A stretch of 63,543 nt of DNA, counting the filler, from Cystobasidiomycetes sp. EMM_F5 (lineage: Eukaryota), in assembly GCA_051047955.1 (NCBI GenBank). It is 20 parts of 20 records of this genome, joined end to end, with 100 filler letters (N's around TTAATTAATTAA, not from the genome) between each part and the next. Parts side by side here need not be neighbours in the genome. Positions count along the whole stretch, not along the records: positions 26,548 to 29,764 come from JBPGPT010000107.1; positions 29,865 to 33,074 come from JBPGPT010000108.1; positions 33,175 to 36,195 come from JBPGPT010000109.1; positions 36,296 to 39,263 come from JBPGPT010000110.1; positions 39,364 to 42,210 come from JBPGPT010000111.1; 15 more parts are not named here. One strand, given 5' to 3'. The notes under the pieces are model-generated. The model searched no databases and was not told the DNA's origin. It saw only the letters and a list, made by a program, of their open reading frames with translations. This document shows, one piece after another, positions 26,603-40,573 of this stretch (positions within the stretch are counted from its first letter, which is position 1; the number at the start of each line of letters is the position of its first letter). Both the position numbers and the translations under genes were made by a program.

Positions 26603-29373
26603 TACAAAGCCTGATCGCTTTGCGTAGCTTATTGCCATCGTCTTCTGCTTTTCTACCTCCCTGACACAGATAGATGCTGGTTACCTCTGCACACAGCTTC
26701 AAATTACAGCCATACTTTGTCGGAGACAACATTGATGTTGCTCGTGCATATGCAAGTTCGCTTGATGTCTGGACTGCACTTAAGGCGCCATGGCATTCTT
26801 TCTGAACAGCAGTAGGCTAGATTGAAAGAGTCACATCATTGCAGTTCCGAGTTAAGTACCGTCAACATCACAATGTGTACCCTTTGTCTTTACTTCGTCA
26901 TGCACCTTGTTGAATTGCGCTGTTCCAATAACATTTGTATCTGCATCCTTCCCTACAAGTCTGCAAACTGGAACTTGAAGACCAGCATCCATAACCATAG
27001 GTGAAAAGAGTGAACTCGACTGCTATGGCTATTTTACAGTCCCCAAGGGTCTTTCTTACCCATTATGAATACAAGTAGAGTCGTTTGCCTGTTCAGAAGA
27101 TTCGGCCTCGGAGCTCAATAAAACTGGCTGGTCGTCAAGCTTGAGCATTGACGAATATCGTTGAAAATGACACATTTTTACCGTGAACTACAATGATATT
27201 AATTGTCCGGAAAACCCGACCCAGCTTCCGCACAAACAACGAATGACAGATGAGATGTAATGAGAGCGCGTGGGATATTTCTGTAGTTCTGGATGTGACT
27301 CTCTTCTTTCTATCTTTTCCAGGCCTGAAAATAAACTACTAGTGTGACAAAGTTTAAGATCTCTTAGTGAGAATTTGCGCAAGGATGTACAATGTGCTGT
27401 GGAAGATTTGTAGCGGCTTCGAGGTACCAGAAGTGAACAAGTCGGGCTCGACTGTTGTGTTACAGTCCCTCAGGGTCGTTTATAGGGTTATGGTTGCATC
27501 TCACCCATATTGAGAAACAAAAGCTGAGTAGAAAGGAGGTCATCGGACGGCACGCAGTGGCTTGCGCCAATTACGACCGTTAAAAAAGAATCAGAGACCG
27601 TTGTCACTGTAGTACGGTTGTTAGCTTCTGCAGGAGATTGAGTTGCGGCTCTCGGCAAAGCTGCGCTAGTCGTCAAGTTTGAGCATCGAAAGTCATCGTT
27701 AATCAGTTTATTGACTTTCCAAAAAAATCCCGACCGGACTCCCGTAGCCACCGGACAAAGTCGAACAATAGCTCTTGTACATGAGTTATAAAGTGGCAAA
27801 GTTGAAAATTTCCAGTAAGGGGGCTACGGAGGGACATACAATGCGTTGAAAGTCTCAGACTGATCGCTTCTTGCGAGTCTCAGATTGACAGAGGACAGCG
27901 ATTGACGCTTTGCAGCTGCTCCGCACTGATAATTGATGTTCAAGACTTTTGACGTGTAAAGTGCGCGCGTTCGACTGCAACGCGCTGGTATAATATCTTA
28001 ATTACTGACTGAATGTGCCGGCACTCCTCATACCGTTGTCGCAAACCACCTCGACGCAACTTTTTTTCAAGCCCGAATGGAGTACACAGGGTCTTCCATC
28101 CCTAACATAATCAGACTCAAGAGACTGTGGGACTATAAGCTATAAGATCATGAAGCAAATAGCCTCTATAGTAATATGAGAAGCATCGAAGTTTTTCGGT
28201 CACTACTCCAGTGGTTGAAGTGAATACCGCTAGCTTCCGTAGATTGATCTCCTTTCGATTTCTTTCGAAAGGGGATCGCAAATCCGCTGTCAATTAGAAA
28301 ATCGAATGGGAGCAACTTACAGAATGCTTTCTTGATCTCATCACAATTGCATGCGTCTGAAGTAAGTGGCCTCATGGGCTTGAGCGCAGACTTCCGCAGT
28401 CTTTGCAGTATTATACTATCGCGATCACTTTTTTATTGTAGAGGTACGCGATAGCACTTCGCGTTGGTCACTTATACTCAGGAACACTTTCACGATGGTT
28501 CAGTCAGTGAGTGACGTTGTTATGTGAGGGGACTTGCATGAGATGCAAAGGAGTGTTGATACTGTGCCTTACACGTAAAGCTCCATTATCGCAAGTCTGT
28601 TAGAAGGTTAAAACCTTCAAATAACAAACGGTGGTGCCTGGGAGTCTGCATGCCAGTATGCTATATGTAGTGTCGTCACATTCTGTCGAAGAGAACTAGG
28701 AAGTAATGACATGCTGTTCCACATGATCCGCAGAAGTATATAAAGATTGGTGAAAATGGTACCAGAACTATTTTTTGAGACTAACACGGATGCGGACGGT
28801 TTCTCGCGCATGTCATCAAAACCGCTGGTCTTGCATTCATCTACTTGTCAGTCACGTGAAAGGCGTCAGTCTACCTCAGCTGGACAGCCACTGGCAATCA
28901 TAGCATGAAGATTTGGCCAGAAAGGATTCATCAAATACACCGCTGAGCCGCTCACGTGAAGTCGCTGCAAGTAACCCCGCTTTGCCCCGTCAGACGCTGG
29001 GCGTCAAGGTGGAGTGAAGTTGATATTCAAACGTGCTTGAACATTGCCGAGGCTAGAGTGCTCAGTCGGAACAACCTCATTGGTGCGTACAATGAATCAA
29101 AAGTCCTACAATGAGTTCCCAGTATTGGAGGCTGTACGAAATCGTAGAAATACTTACACTCACCTTCGCAGGTCCTGTATGCCTAGACGATGCAATATAC
29201 AGAATGAAGTCGCTGGTCTAGATGCTTGGTAGGATCGTGTTCGCGGTCATCGCTTATGAAGGCATGGATGAAACAGTGAAGATGCTTGTTTGTGTGTAAC
29301 CGCCGACTTACATTGACTTGTATGTAAGCTGATGACGAACGTCCTACTGAAAATCGCATGTCGCGTTCGACTG

Positions 29374-29427
29374 ACACCTGACGTCTTCTTGCTGCGCTGT
29401 TTGACGGTCAAACCGTTCATTCTGACT
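29374..29427 (+). repeat. 55-bp palindrome-core element, copy 2 (internal, slightly diverged)
   Basis: ACACCTGACGTCTTCTTGCTGCGCTGTTTGACGGTCAAACCGTTCATTCTGACT. Confidence 0.93.
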
Positions 29428-29709
29428 CTTCTTCTTACAGCCATTTCGGATTTAGGTGTCCTTCTTTGCGATTTTTTTTGCCGCCACTTCCGTTGCCGTT
29501 CAGAAGATAGCAGCTGCTACTCGAAAGCCGTTCAGCTCTGGTGAGCACTAGGGACTGAGCTCTAGGAATTGAGCACTGGAATGCATTGCATTGATCTGGT
29601 CAACATCGATCACTAATCCAACCATGACGCATCCACACACTGACTACGAGCTCTCATTATCAGTGTTCAGTATGGCAGTGAGATTAGTGAGCAGCCATCA
29701 GCACATTAG

Positions 29710-29764
29710 CGTCAGAACGAACGGTTTGACCGTCAAACAAGCGGAGCAAGAAGACGTCAGGTGT
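29710..29764 (-). repeat. 55-bp palindrome-core element, copy 3 (right contig end, inverted)
   Basis: CGTCAGAACGAACGGTTTGACCGTCAAACAAGCGGAGCAAGAAGACGTCAGGTGT, the exact reverse complement of copy 1. Confidence 0.95.
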
Positions 29765-29927
29765 NNNNNNNNNNNNNNNNNNNNNNNNNNNNNNNNNNNN
29801 NNNNNNNNTTAATTAATTAANNNNNNNNNNNNNNNNNNNNNNNNNNNNNNNNNNNNNNNNNNNNACGCTAATGCTTTCAAAAGCATGACAAAATGTTGAT
29901 CTCGGTGATGAGCTAAACGGACGGTGG

Positions 29928-32250
29928 CTAAGGCCTCTCGTTGATCGGGCCTTCTGCCGGCTCATGCTGCTTCCAACAGCTATTCAAACTGCGCTGAAAG
30001 GCGGCCTCAACAGTCTTCACCATATCAATAAGCCCATCTTCGTCGAAGCGCTTCGGGTTAATGAGTTGAAGGGCTGCCGGTGCGCTGCGTTGCAACACCG
30101 CATCGTCTGAACGGCGGGCCAATTAGCTGAGGGCCCCAGTATAAGTATAATTCTGTACATTGCATACATGCTAAATCAGTTGTCAAAAGCGCAGCTGCTT
30201 TGCAATGAGGGCTGCCCGTATTGCTGAGGTCGATTTTCCTCGTTATTGGTACTGAGATTGCCGGGAAGTCAAGAATAGACCAGGCAGTGGTATATGCAAT
30301 GAAACTATCGATAGAAATGCGACTCAGTGCGACTAAGAGTGTCACTAGACGTTCTGACTGACCCTTCTGGGTAACCTCGGCCAAGATGCGGCAGAGCTAC
30401 CGATGGGCTGACGGGACAGATGTAAAGATCGAACCGGGCACCCTTTCCATCGACGTCGGCTATCCATTCCTTGTGGAATTTGCGGCGGTATTCATCGCGT
30501 TCTGTCGTTCACAACCCGTCGTTAGGACCGTCTTTCATTCATACAGATGCAGGCGGCTGTACCTCGTACAATCTTGAAATATTCGGAGCAGGGCTGGTCA
30601 GCACTTCCAGCAAGCGTAAATGCCTCTGGCACAAATGGCTGTGACACAAATGTCGAGGTTAGTTTGGCGTTGGCAAACAGCGCTTTCATGGTATGGGAAT
30701 CGCTGACCTCGCGTGAGCTTGCCACGAAGCTGCGCATGTCGTGACCTCCATCCGCTGTCAGGATCTCCCTAAACAATTTCGCTCCTCCTGCCCAATTGAA
30801 TGCGTTTCGCTCTTCGACTGTTCGGGAATCAGATGTGACGAGCACGCAATACTAATGAGGAGAGGGCTCACCAAGGTGGCCAGTGCTCCGGAGTGCCGCT
30901 CTTGCATCCAACATAGCTCTCTCGATAGGTGCATGATTCGAGACGCTGTTGCCCCCTCGCAGCATGCAGATCCGTAGCCGTCGTGGCTGAGGGGGCCCGA
31001 AACACCTTCGCCAGCCCTTGTTCGGATTGTCACCCAGAGCTGACACACAGGCCCGTCAGACAGGACTCACAATAGGAATTACCCGCGGATCGTGCAGCCA
31101 GGGCTTGGTGTCCAATACCGCTCCGAGGACATAGTCGATAGATTGAACACATCGCGCAAAGACACCGATGGTACTTTCATTTGCTTCCGAGCCCTTCAAT
31201 ACATTGGCAACGGCAGCATACGGAAGGCGGCGCGAGGTCGTTCGCAAACCGTACAGTCCGCAACAAGCCGCCGGTACACGTACAGAACCGCCTGCAGGGT
31301 TGTAGCGGGTCAGTCCTGGCTAAAGGACATGCATCAACCTAGCAGTTCGCTCGATAGCACCTACCATAATCTGTACCGAATCCGACTATCGACCCACCCA
31401 TCGCCATCAGAGCAGCTTCTCCGCCAGAACTGCCGCCGCTTGTGAGCATACGATTGCATGGATTGAGAGTGCGTCCGAAAACGTTATTGTTCGTCTCGGC
31501 TGCCATGATAGTTTGCGGCACATTGGTCTTGCAGTACAAGACTGCGCCTAACTGTTCGAGCAGATCAACCAGAATACTGTTGGACTCCGCAGGCCTATTG
31601 ACCAGATCGACGAAGCCTGTCCGGGGAGTGCGGAAGCGTGAGCTGCGCTTGAGGCGTCCGACTGCCCGCTTCAGAGTACATACCCATTGTGGTGTCGACA
31701 CCTTTGACGCAAAATTGGTCCTTTAGACTGATTGGAATGCCGTGTAACGGACCGACGGGCCGACCGTGCTTGGACAGATACTCATCTAATTCTCGGGCGC
31801 GATTGCGAGCAGATACGAAGATAATCTCGGTCAGGCAGTTTGTCTGCGAAAATAGGGTGTCGTCAACGAGTGCGCGCATGACAGTCGGGCGAAACCTGCC
31901 AGCTGATGAGCTATTGCGGCGCGCGCGCAGTATGCGTCTGCGACAGCAATGCTGGAATATTTTCCATTTCGAATATGGCAGACCAGCTCTTCTAGATCGT
32001 CAATGTCCGTGATTTCGAGCTGCGTTGCGCTTAGCAGCCCGCACTCATGGGGCACGCAGCGTACGTCGGAGAAGGCTCCTAAGGACTCTTTGAAAGCGGG
32101 TGGCAGAAGGTAGTTGTTAGGAAGCAGCCGTTGCACCGCCGCCCGCTTGCTTTCTGCGACATGCTCCCAACCGGCTTTCCGAGACGTACAGGGCTCCGAA
32201 GGGCTGTCGCCATGCGTTAGACGCTGACAGGCACGGTCCATCCGCAGCAT
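29928..32250 (-). CDS. Amidase signature family enzyme (fungal general amidase/acetamidase-like), multi-exon; start approximate
   Basis: TNCLTEI, GPLHGIPISLKDQ, LGAVLYCKTNVPQT, FGRTLNP, GGSSGGEAAL, GFGTD, YTTAWSILDFPAISVP. Confidence 0.9.
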
Positions 32251-33174
32251 TGGCGAGAGCCAAGTCTGCTTTGCCGAAAGGTCGCTGGAACTGTGCTGCA
32301 GCACAGACATTTCTGAATCTGCGGTGCGTGGGACTTGCAGAGCGGACACCTGTCCCGAGTAGGTTAGTGAGCCCAAGTGATGTGAGTGACTGGATGATGG
32401 TTTAGCAGTGCGTTGGGTCAGATGGTGCTGTTCGCTGTGCAATGCCGAACAGCGAACCATATGTGACGCTGTCGGCGTTCCGGGGTCGCGTTCTGTGGGT
32501 CATCATCGCCAATCATGCTGCGGACCTTCTGGCCGGACAGAAGCGCCGGGCGGTCTTTTGCTGCTGAGGAGCGGCCAACTACTCATTCGACTGCTCCTCG
32601 GCTCAATCATCCAGACAGAACGGCCGCCGAGAAGCTCGTTCGTTATCGTGAAGCGACGCAGCGGCAGCCTATACATAAATGCAGGCGGGCCGCATCTCTC
32701 CTTCTTCATTCCCTCCTTGATCTACGAGCTTGCATACCAACAGATGGGACTGCTTATCTTGGAACCCAAAGGCTTACGAGACTCAACCAAAGTACCGGGT
32801 GAGCACTGCGCGTCCAGATCAGAGTATAGTATGCAGTCCGCTGACAGTCGGGATCGCCTTAACCCCCTCCATCCTCTCTCCTTCTCTTGTTTAGGCACTG
32901 CACTACTGGAGGAAGTGTCTTCCGGGCAAGCTTTTGTTGATGCAAAGCATGCACCAGGAAGTGATCGTCTCAGTAAGAAAATGTTTGCGGCACGGCGGCA
33001 ATGCAGCTGATACGGTCCCTTTCCGCGACAGTCCTTGTGCCTCAGCCATCTGATGATCCGGCAGACCCGCTCAANNNNNNNNNNNNNNNNNNNNNNNNNN
33101 NNNNNNNNNNNNNNNNNNTTAATTAATTAANNNNNNNNNNNNNNNNNNNNNNNNNNNNNNNNNNNNNNNNNNNN

Positions 33175-36100
33175 GACATCACCGAGCGTTGAAATACACC
33201 TGCGCTCCCACTGAATGTCGCGAACAAGATCGTCCATAGCAATATACTCGGCTTCGGCAGTTGAATGAGCTACGATTGGCTGCTTTTTGCTCCGCCATGC
33301 AATAACGCCCCCACGGTATTTGACAAGCCATCCTGTGGTAGATTTGAACGTTTGCTTGCATCCAGCGTGATCAGAGTCGCTGACTCCATGAAGAGTATCG
33401 TCAAATCCAGCAAGACGCAGCCCATGGAAACGAGTACCGGCTAGATATCGCAGGATTCCTTTGCAGATCTCATAGTGGCGCGTACTCCAGCGTGAATTGA
33501 ATGAAGACATCCTGTTGACTGCAAAAGCGATGTCGGGTCTGGTCATTGTCGCGAGATACTGCAGGGATCCGGTCAGTGTCCGATATGGAAGGAGGGAGGC
33601 GAGACGGTGATCATCTTCGGAAGCGTCCACAAGGTCTGGAAGAACGGAAGGGGACATGGGAATGACATTCGTTTTGCATTGGTCGAGATCAAACCGCTCC
33701 AATATGCGCTGCGTAAACTGAGTCTGTGTGAGCCATATGCGACGACTTTGTCTGTCCCGATGGATTTCCATGCCCAAGAAGTACTGGAGATCGCCCTGTG
33801 GCCGACATGGGAAACGCTCATTCAGTGTCCGTATAAACTCATCGATCAATTGTGCGTCATGTCCTGCAATGGCTGAGTCATCCACATGAATATAGAGAAT
33901 CATCTTGCGGTGGACGTTATCTTGGTCTCGGATATATACGCAAGCATCGTCGTCATTCGAAACCCAGCCAACAGATTTGAGCCAGTCGTCAAGCTTCGTG
34001 TTCCAGCATCGACCTGCTTGCTTTAATCCGTATAAAGCTTTCTGTAATTTTGCGACTTTTCCTGCATACTCTCCCACTGCGATCTCGGGTGGCAGGTTCA
34101 TGTAGATGTTCTCTTCGAGATCGCCGTGCAGAAAAGCGCCAGTAATGTCCAAAGCTTTTATCTCAAGATCCAGATGAGCTGCTATTGTCATGACTTGCCG
34201 GAACGATTGACGGTGTCCAACTGGCGAAAATGTCTCCACAAAATCAATCCCCGGTCGCTGCGTGAATCCCTTCGCTACTAATCGCGTCTTATAGACATCA
34301 TTCCCTCGCCCAGTCGGGTCGTGCTTAATGGTCAAAACCAGTCGAGAGTCAATGGGTTTGTGTCCAAAGGGTACGTCCTGTCGTTCAATCAGTGACCAAG
34401 TTTGAGCTGAGTTTATAACGTCCAACTCCTTTTGCAGAGATTGCTGCCACTTTTCTCTGTCGTCGCCCTGCAGCGCGGCTCTTGCTGCAGGCGGAGTCAA
34501 CACAGTTACGGCCATCGCCAAAGGATCTTCGGACGAGTCGCTATCGTTGGCCTCGTTGGGAGCGTCATGAATAATGGTGGGCAGAGCTGCCACCTGTTCC
34601 TCACGCGCACGATGGCGGGTTCTGATAGGTTCTCTTTCGACAGGATGTCGTCGTGGATTTCGGACTGGCTCTTTGGGTACGACATCTTCGTCTTCTTCTT
34701 CGAGAGCCCAAACGTCATTCTTGACTTTCAATTCCTTTTCATGTGGCTGGTCATTCACGTCTGACCACTCTTGGCTGGCTCGTGTATCTGCTCGTGCGGG
34801 AAACAATGTTTCCACAAACCGCACATCTCGAGATCGCACGCCTTTCTCCGTCTCCAGATTAAACAGCCGGTAGTTGCTGGTACCGTCTTCGCATCCAACA
34901 AACACATTGAGTTCGGCTCGCTGGCCTAATTTGCCTTCTTCGCGCTGAGCAGATGGTAGCCATCGGTATGCAGCACAACCAAATGGATGCAGGTCATTTT
35001 CATGTGCAGCCTTGCCGAACATCAATTCATATGGCGATTTACCGGACTTCTTGCCCAAACGATTGCGAATAAAAGTAGCATGCGTTGCCGCGTAGCCCCA
35101 GAATCTACTGGAAAGATTCGCATCAATTAACATTGTGCGCGCATCGCTAATTATGATACCAATGCGACGCTCCGCCATGGCGTTTTGATTGGATGTATAC
35201 GGGGAATTAATGAGTAAATTAATACCATTTTTATTGCATAGGTCTTTGACAGCTGCATTGTCAATCTCCTTCCCGTTATCTGCGCGAATATTCTTGACAC
35301 TGTAAGTGGTTTGGTTTTGCATATATTGAATATATTGAACTAAATTTGCGTGTGTTTCGCTCTTCGTCTTTTGCAGATAAATACGGGTATATCTGGTTGC
35401 CGCATCCACAATGACACACATATAGACGCATCCTGCCCATGTAGGAATACGTGTCGGACCAAACAAGTCAACGTGTATTTGTTCAAGAGGTACATCGACC
35501 GTGGGTGTGACACCGTTGAAAGGAACGCGTCTGAATTTGCCGAGGATACAAGGTTCACAACGTGTGCTAACATTCGGATCTATCATGTCTGAGTCCTTCA
35601 AGCTCACATGGCCGTAGCGTCTATGTACGAGCTCGCTATCAGCCATGAGAGCTATCTGGGTCTGTGACGATGACATACCGTCTGCCTTTGGAAGCAACAC
35701 GCGGAAGAGCTTGTCGTCCTTCACCATGTGAGCAAAAATGTTTCCATGTTTATCGGTGAGGATACCATCATGGCTATGCATGGTGACGTGACCTCCCATG
35801 TCAGTTACTCGTCGGACTGATAATAAATTCGCAGCTAGTCGCGGGACGTGGTAGACTTTGGACATCTTGTGAGGCTTATTGTCAGAGCCAATGAATGTGT
35901 AGGTGCCAACTCCCTTGATGGGAAGTCGGGAGTCATCCGCAATCTTGATAAACTGATTTTCGACAGCCTGGTAGTTGTCGAGCAGATCGCCGTTGACAAT
36001 CATATTGGCGCTGCATCCGGAATCGACAATCCAAGTGATATCATCAACGCCGGTATCCTGCGTGTTGAAGGCCACCTCCAGCGATGCCGCAATACAGCAA

Positions 36101-36195
36101 TCTTCAACGTCTTCATTGATGATTGGTACGTGTGTTGCCGTGTTTGCGACTTCCTGGGATGTATGATTGATTCTGTCCAACAGTTTTCCAAAGCG
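33175..36195 (-). mobile_element. Ty1/copia LTR retrotransposon pol (PR-IN-RT-RH), uninterrupted, both ends truncated
   Basis: WIVDSGCS protease, HRRYGH...CxxC, HVDLFGP...ADNGKE...AER integrase, YKTRLVAKGFTQ, ALYGLKQAGR, IHVDD RT, SDSDHAG / STAEAEY RNase H; copia domain order. Confidence 0.97.
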
Positions 36196-37232
36196 NNNNN
36201 NNNNNNNNNNNNNNNNNNNNNNNNNNNNNNNNNNNNNNNTTAATTAATTAANNNNNNNNNNNNNNNNNNNNNNNNNNNNNNNNNNNNNNNNNNNNCGATT
36301 TTTAATCGAGTTCTCCTTTTTAGATTCATTTCGATTTTTTCTCAGGAGAAAAAATCGAAACATAAAAAAGATAAGGAATATTGCAAATATTCAGGTATAA
36401 AAATATAATTATCTAATAAATATACGTCCGGAAAATTTCCCCCTTTTCACAACCGGGTTCAGTTTTTAGGGTACCTAAAAAAGGTCTGCACATTAAAAAC
36501 ATCAACAATAGAATCGGAATCATTGCTTAGTTTTGTGATTTATTTTAATGTAATCACAAAAATCAACCATGTAATTTATAAATAAACTAATAATAACCCC
36601 CTCAATTACGGTGAAGACACCCTAATATTTTTTCTATTGTCTTATCAAGCTCTGCTTGATAACTTGTTGAACTTAGTGATTAACCTTTAGATTAATCAGG
36701 TTATTGCTGCTTTATCTAGTGATAACGTCAACAACACCAACTAATGCAAACTAGATAGAGTTTTTACGTATAAGTAGCGACTATGATCTCGTTTTAATCT
36801 GTACAACGCGCAGCTCTTAAAAAAAGAACCCTAAAAAAATACCTTAAAATTTTTTCTGATCATTTTCATGTTTCGATTTCTTCTAAAGCTTATTCGCAAG
36901 AATATTGACCCTTGCTGAGTTTGTTGAAGAAACTTCAACAATAACCTCAGCAATGGTCAATATTAAAGCGAATGAATTTAAATCTAAACATGAAAATGAA
37001 AAGGATATGCATTAAAAACCCTTTATAAGAATATATTATATTAATAAGGTTATAGACCTTATTAATATAATATATTCTTATAAAGAGTTTTTAATGTGCC
37101 CAGTGAAAACCTTTTTCTTAAAATAGATAATATTCTTATACACGGTTTTCACTGTGAGTGTGTTTTCACCGTAATCACCCACAACAGAATTAAAACAGAT
37201 TAACTGTAATTAACCCCGAGATAAGAAAATAA

Positions 37233-38843
<1,611 letters not shown>

Positions 38844-39363
38844 TAAAAAATAGTACTTTAAATATAAACTAATTCTTTTAACTCCCCTTATTAAAAACAT
38901 TGGATATGCCTATTAATGTACAGTGTATTTAATTTAAAAATTTGGCTTTTTCCTCGTGATTATTGTTATTTTTTATGTTTCGATTTCTTCTCAAGCTTCT
39001 AAAAACAAGCTCCAGATGATTGTTCGTGGTTGACTTTTTGATTGCTTGATGATTGTTCGTGGTTGACTTTTTGATTACTTGATGATTCTTATTTTTATTT
39101 GTGGAAATGGTTGCTTTATCAAGCTTCTGAATATTTATAAAAAAAAATATTCAGAAGCTTGATAAGCAACAACACCTAACGCCCACCAAAATCAGTAGAT
39201 CTGCTTAAGAATCTTTAAATCAGCATATATAATAATCTAATTAAATAATAAATATACGTACTGNNNNNNNNNNNNNNNNNNNNNNNNNNNNNNNNNNNNN
39301 NNNNNNNTTAATTAATTAANNNNNNNNNNNNNNNNNNNNNNNNNNNNNNNNNNNNNNNNNNNN

Positions 39364-40053
39364 CCTCGATGCATCTCGCGCAAAAGTTTGTAGCGCATTT
39401 CCCGCCTCGTAACCGGCGTAGTCGAGGGCTAGAGTGATGGCGGGAGGGAGACCCCGATTGCGAGCGGTAATTTCAGCTGGAGTGAAGCGGTCGGAAGGAG
39501 CGAGAAACTCGGGCTGTCTGTTCGGATGGAAATTGTTTGTCTGAACAGAGTAAATTACCAGGCTGTCGACAACCTGGGCCTCGAAAAAGGCGACGGTCTC
39601 GCGGCGATCCGCGAAACGAGGATTCTCGTCTGCTTCAGACTCGGTGCTGTTGTCGTCTGCGTCGTCTTTGCGCTCGCCTGCAGCTTTCTGCTGCTCTGCA
39701 TCGCCTTTGTGCTCGTTTGCGTCATGATGCTGCACTACTGTATCTTGGTGCTCGCCTGCATCCTTCTGCTGCCGGGCGTCGTCCTTGTGCTCCTTTGCGG
39801 CTTGTACGTCGTCTTGCTGTGCTTGCTCGTCTGCAGCTGCCGTCTGCTCGTTTTCAAAATAGCAGTATGCCTCGTTGCCGCTATCATCGTCTCTGATGTC
39901 GCCTACGCCTTGCGCGTCTTCTAGATCGTCCTCTCTATCTGGCTTGTCCGAATCAGCTTGCTCGGATGGGTAGTCTTTGTACTCGGTCGAGTCGACGTGG
40001 AGAGCGGGGGTTTGGGGAGATGTGGGATTGGAGAGGCTTGTGATGATAGCCAT
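39364..40053 (-). CDS. Hypothetical acidic protein with 13-aa internal repeats, 3' truncated
   Basis: Open frame of more than 229 codons from MAIITS; repeat units EHKDDARQQKDAG / EHQDTVVQHHDAN / EHKGDAEQQKAAG / ERKDDAD. Confidence 0.5.
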
Positions 40054-40573
40054 TCTAATGCAGTTAAAAGGCCGAGTCTTCACTTGTGTTGATTTTGTTT
40101 GCTTGGTTGTGTGTTGAGTGCGTTGTCTTGGACGTTTCAGCGCAAGGCCGAAGGAAAGGGGGGGGGGATTTGCCACCAAAAGTTGGTCTCAACAGTGAAA
40201 GCTGCGGACAAGAGGCGGACGTATCTGCATACGCCATCTGTTCAACCTCGCTTAGCTTTAGCTTTTCAGCTCCGGAGCTAGCTGACGGCTTTTTGTTCTC
40301 AGCGCCTCTGGTCGCTTCGTCGGTGGCGGCGCGTCTCGCCTACCGTGTCTTTTGTGTGTGCAGACTGCGTGGACGAGGCGCCCGCAGTCTGCCAGCACCC
40401 TCATCTCGCATCTCACACGCAAGCAGCTCGCTATACACTTACAATCGTACAGCACACTTGCAATCTCAATTCTCCGCACCCCAGCATTCCAGCACCCCTG
40501 TTTCACTCAGCAGGTCAGTCGGCTCAGTCATTTTGACTGACGTTAGTTTGGGCTGACGCGTGGACATGCAGCA

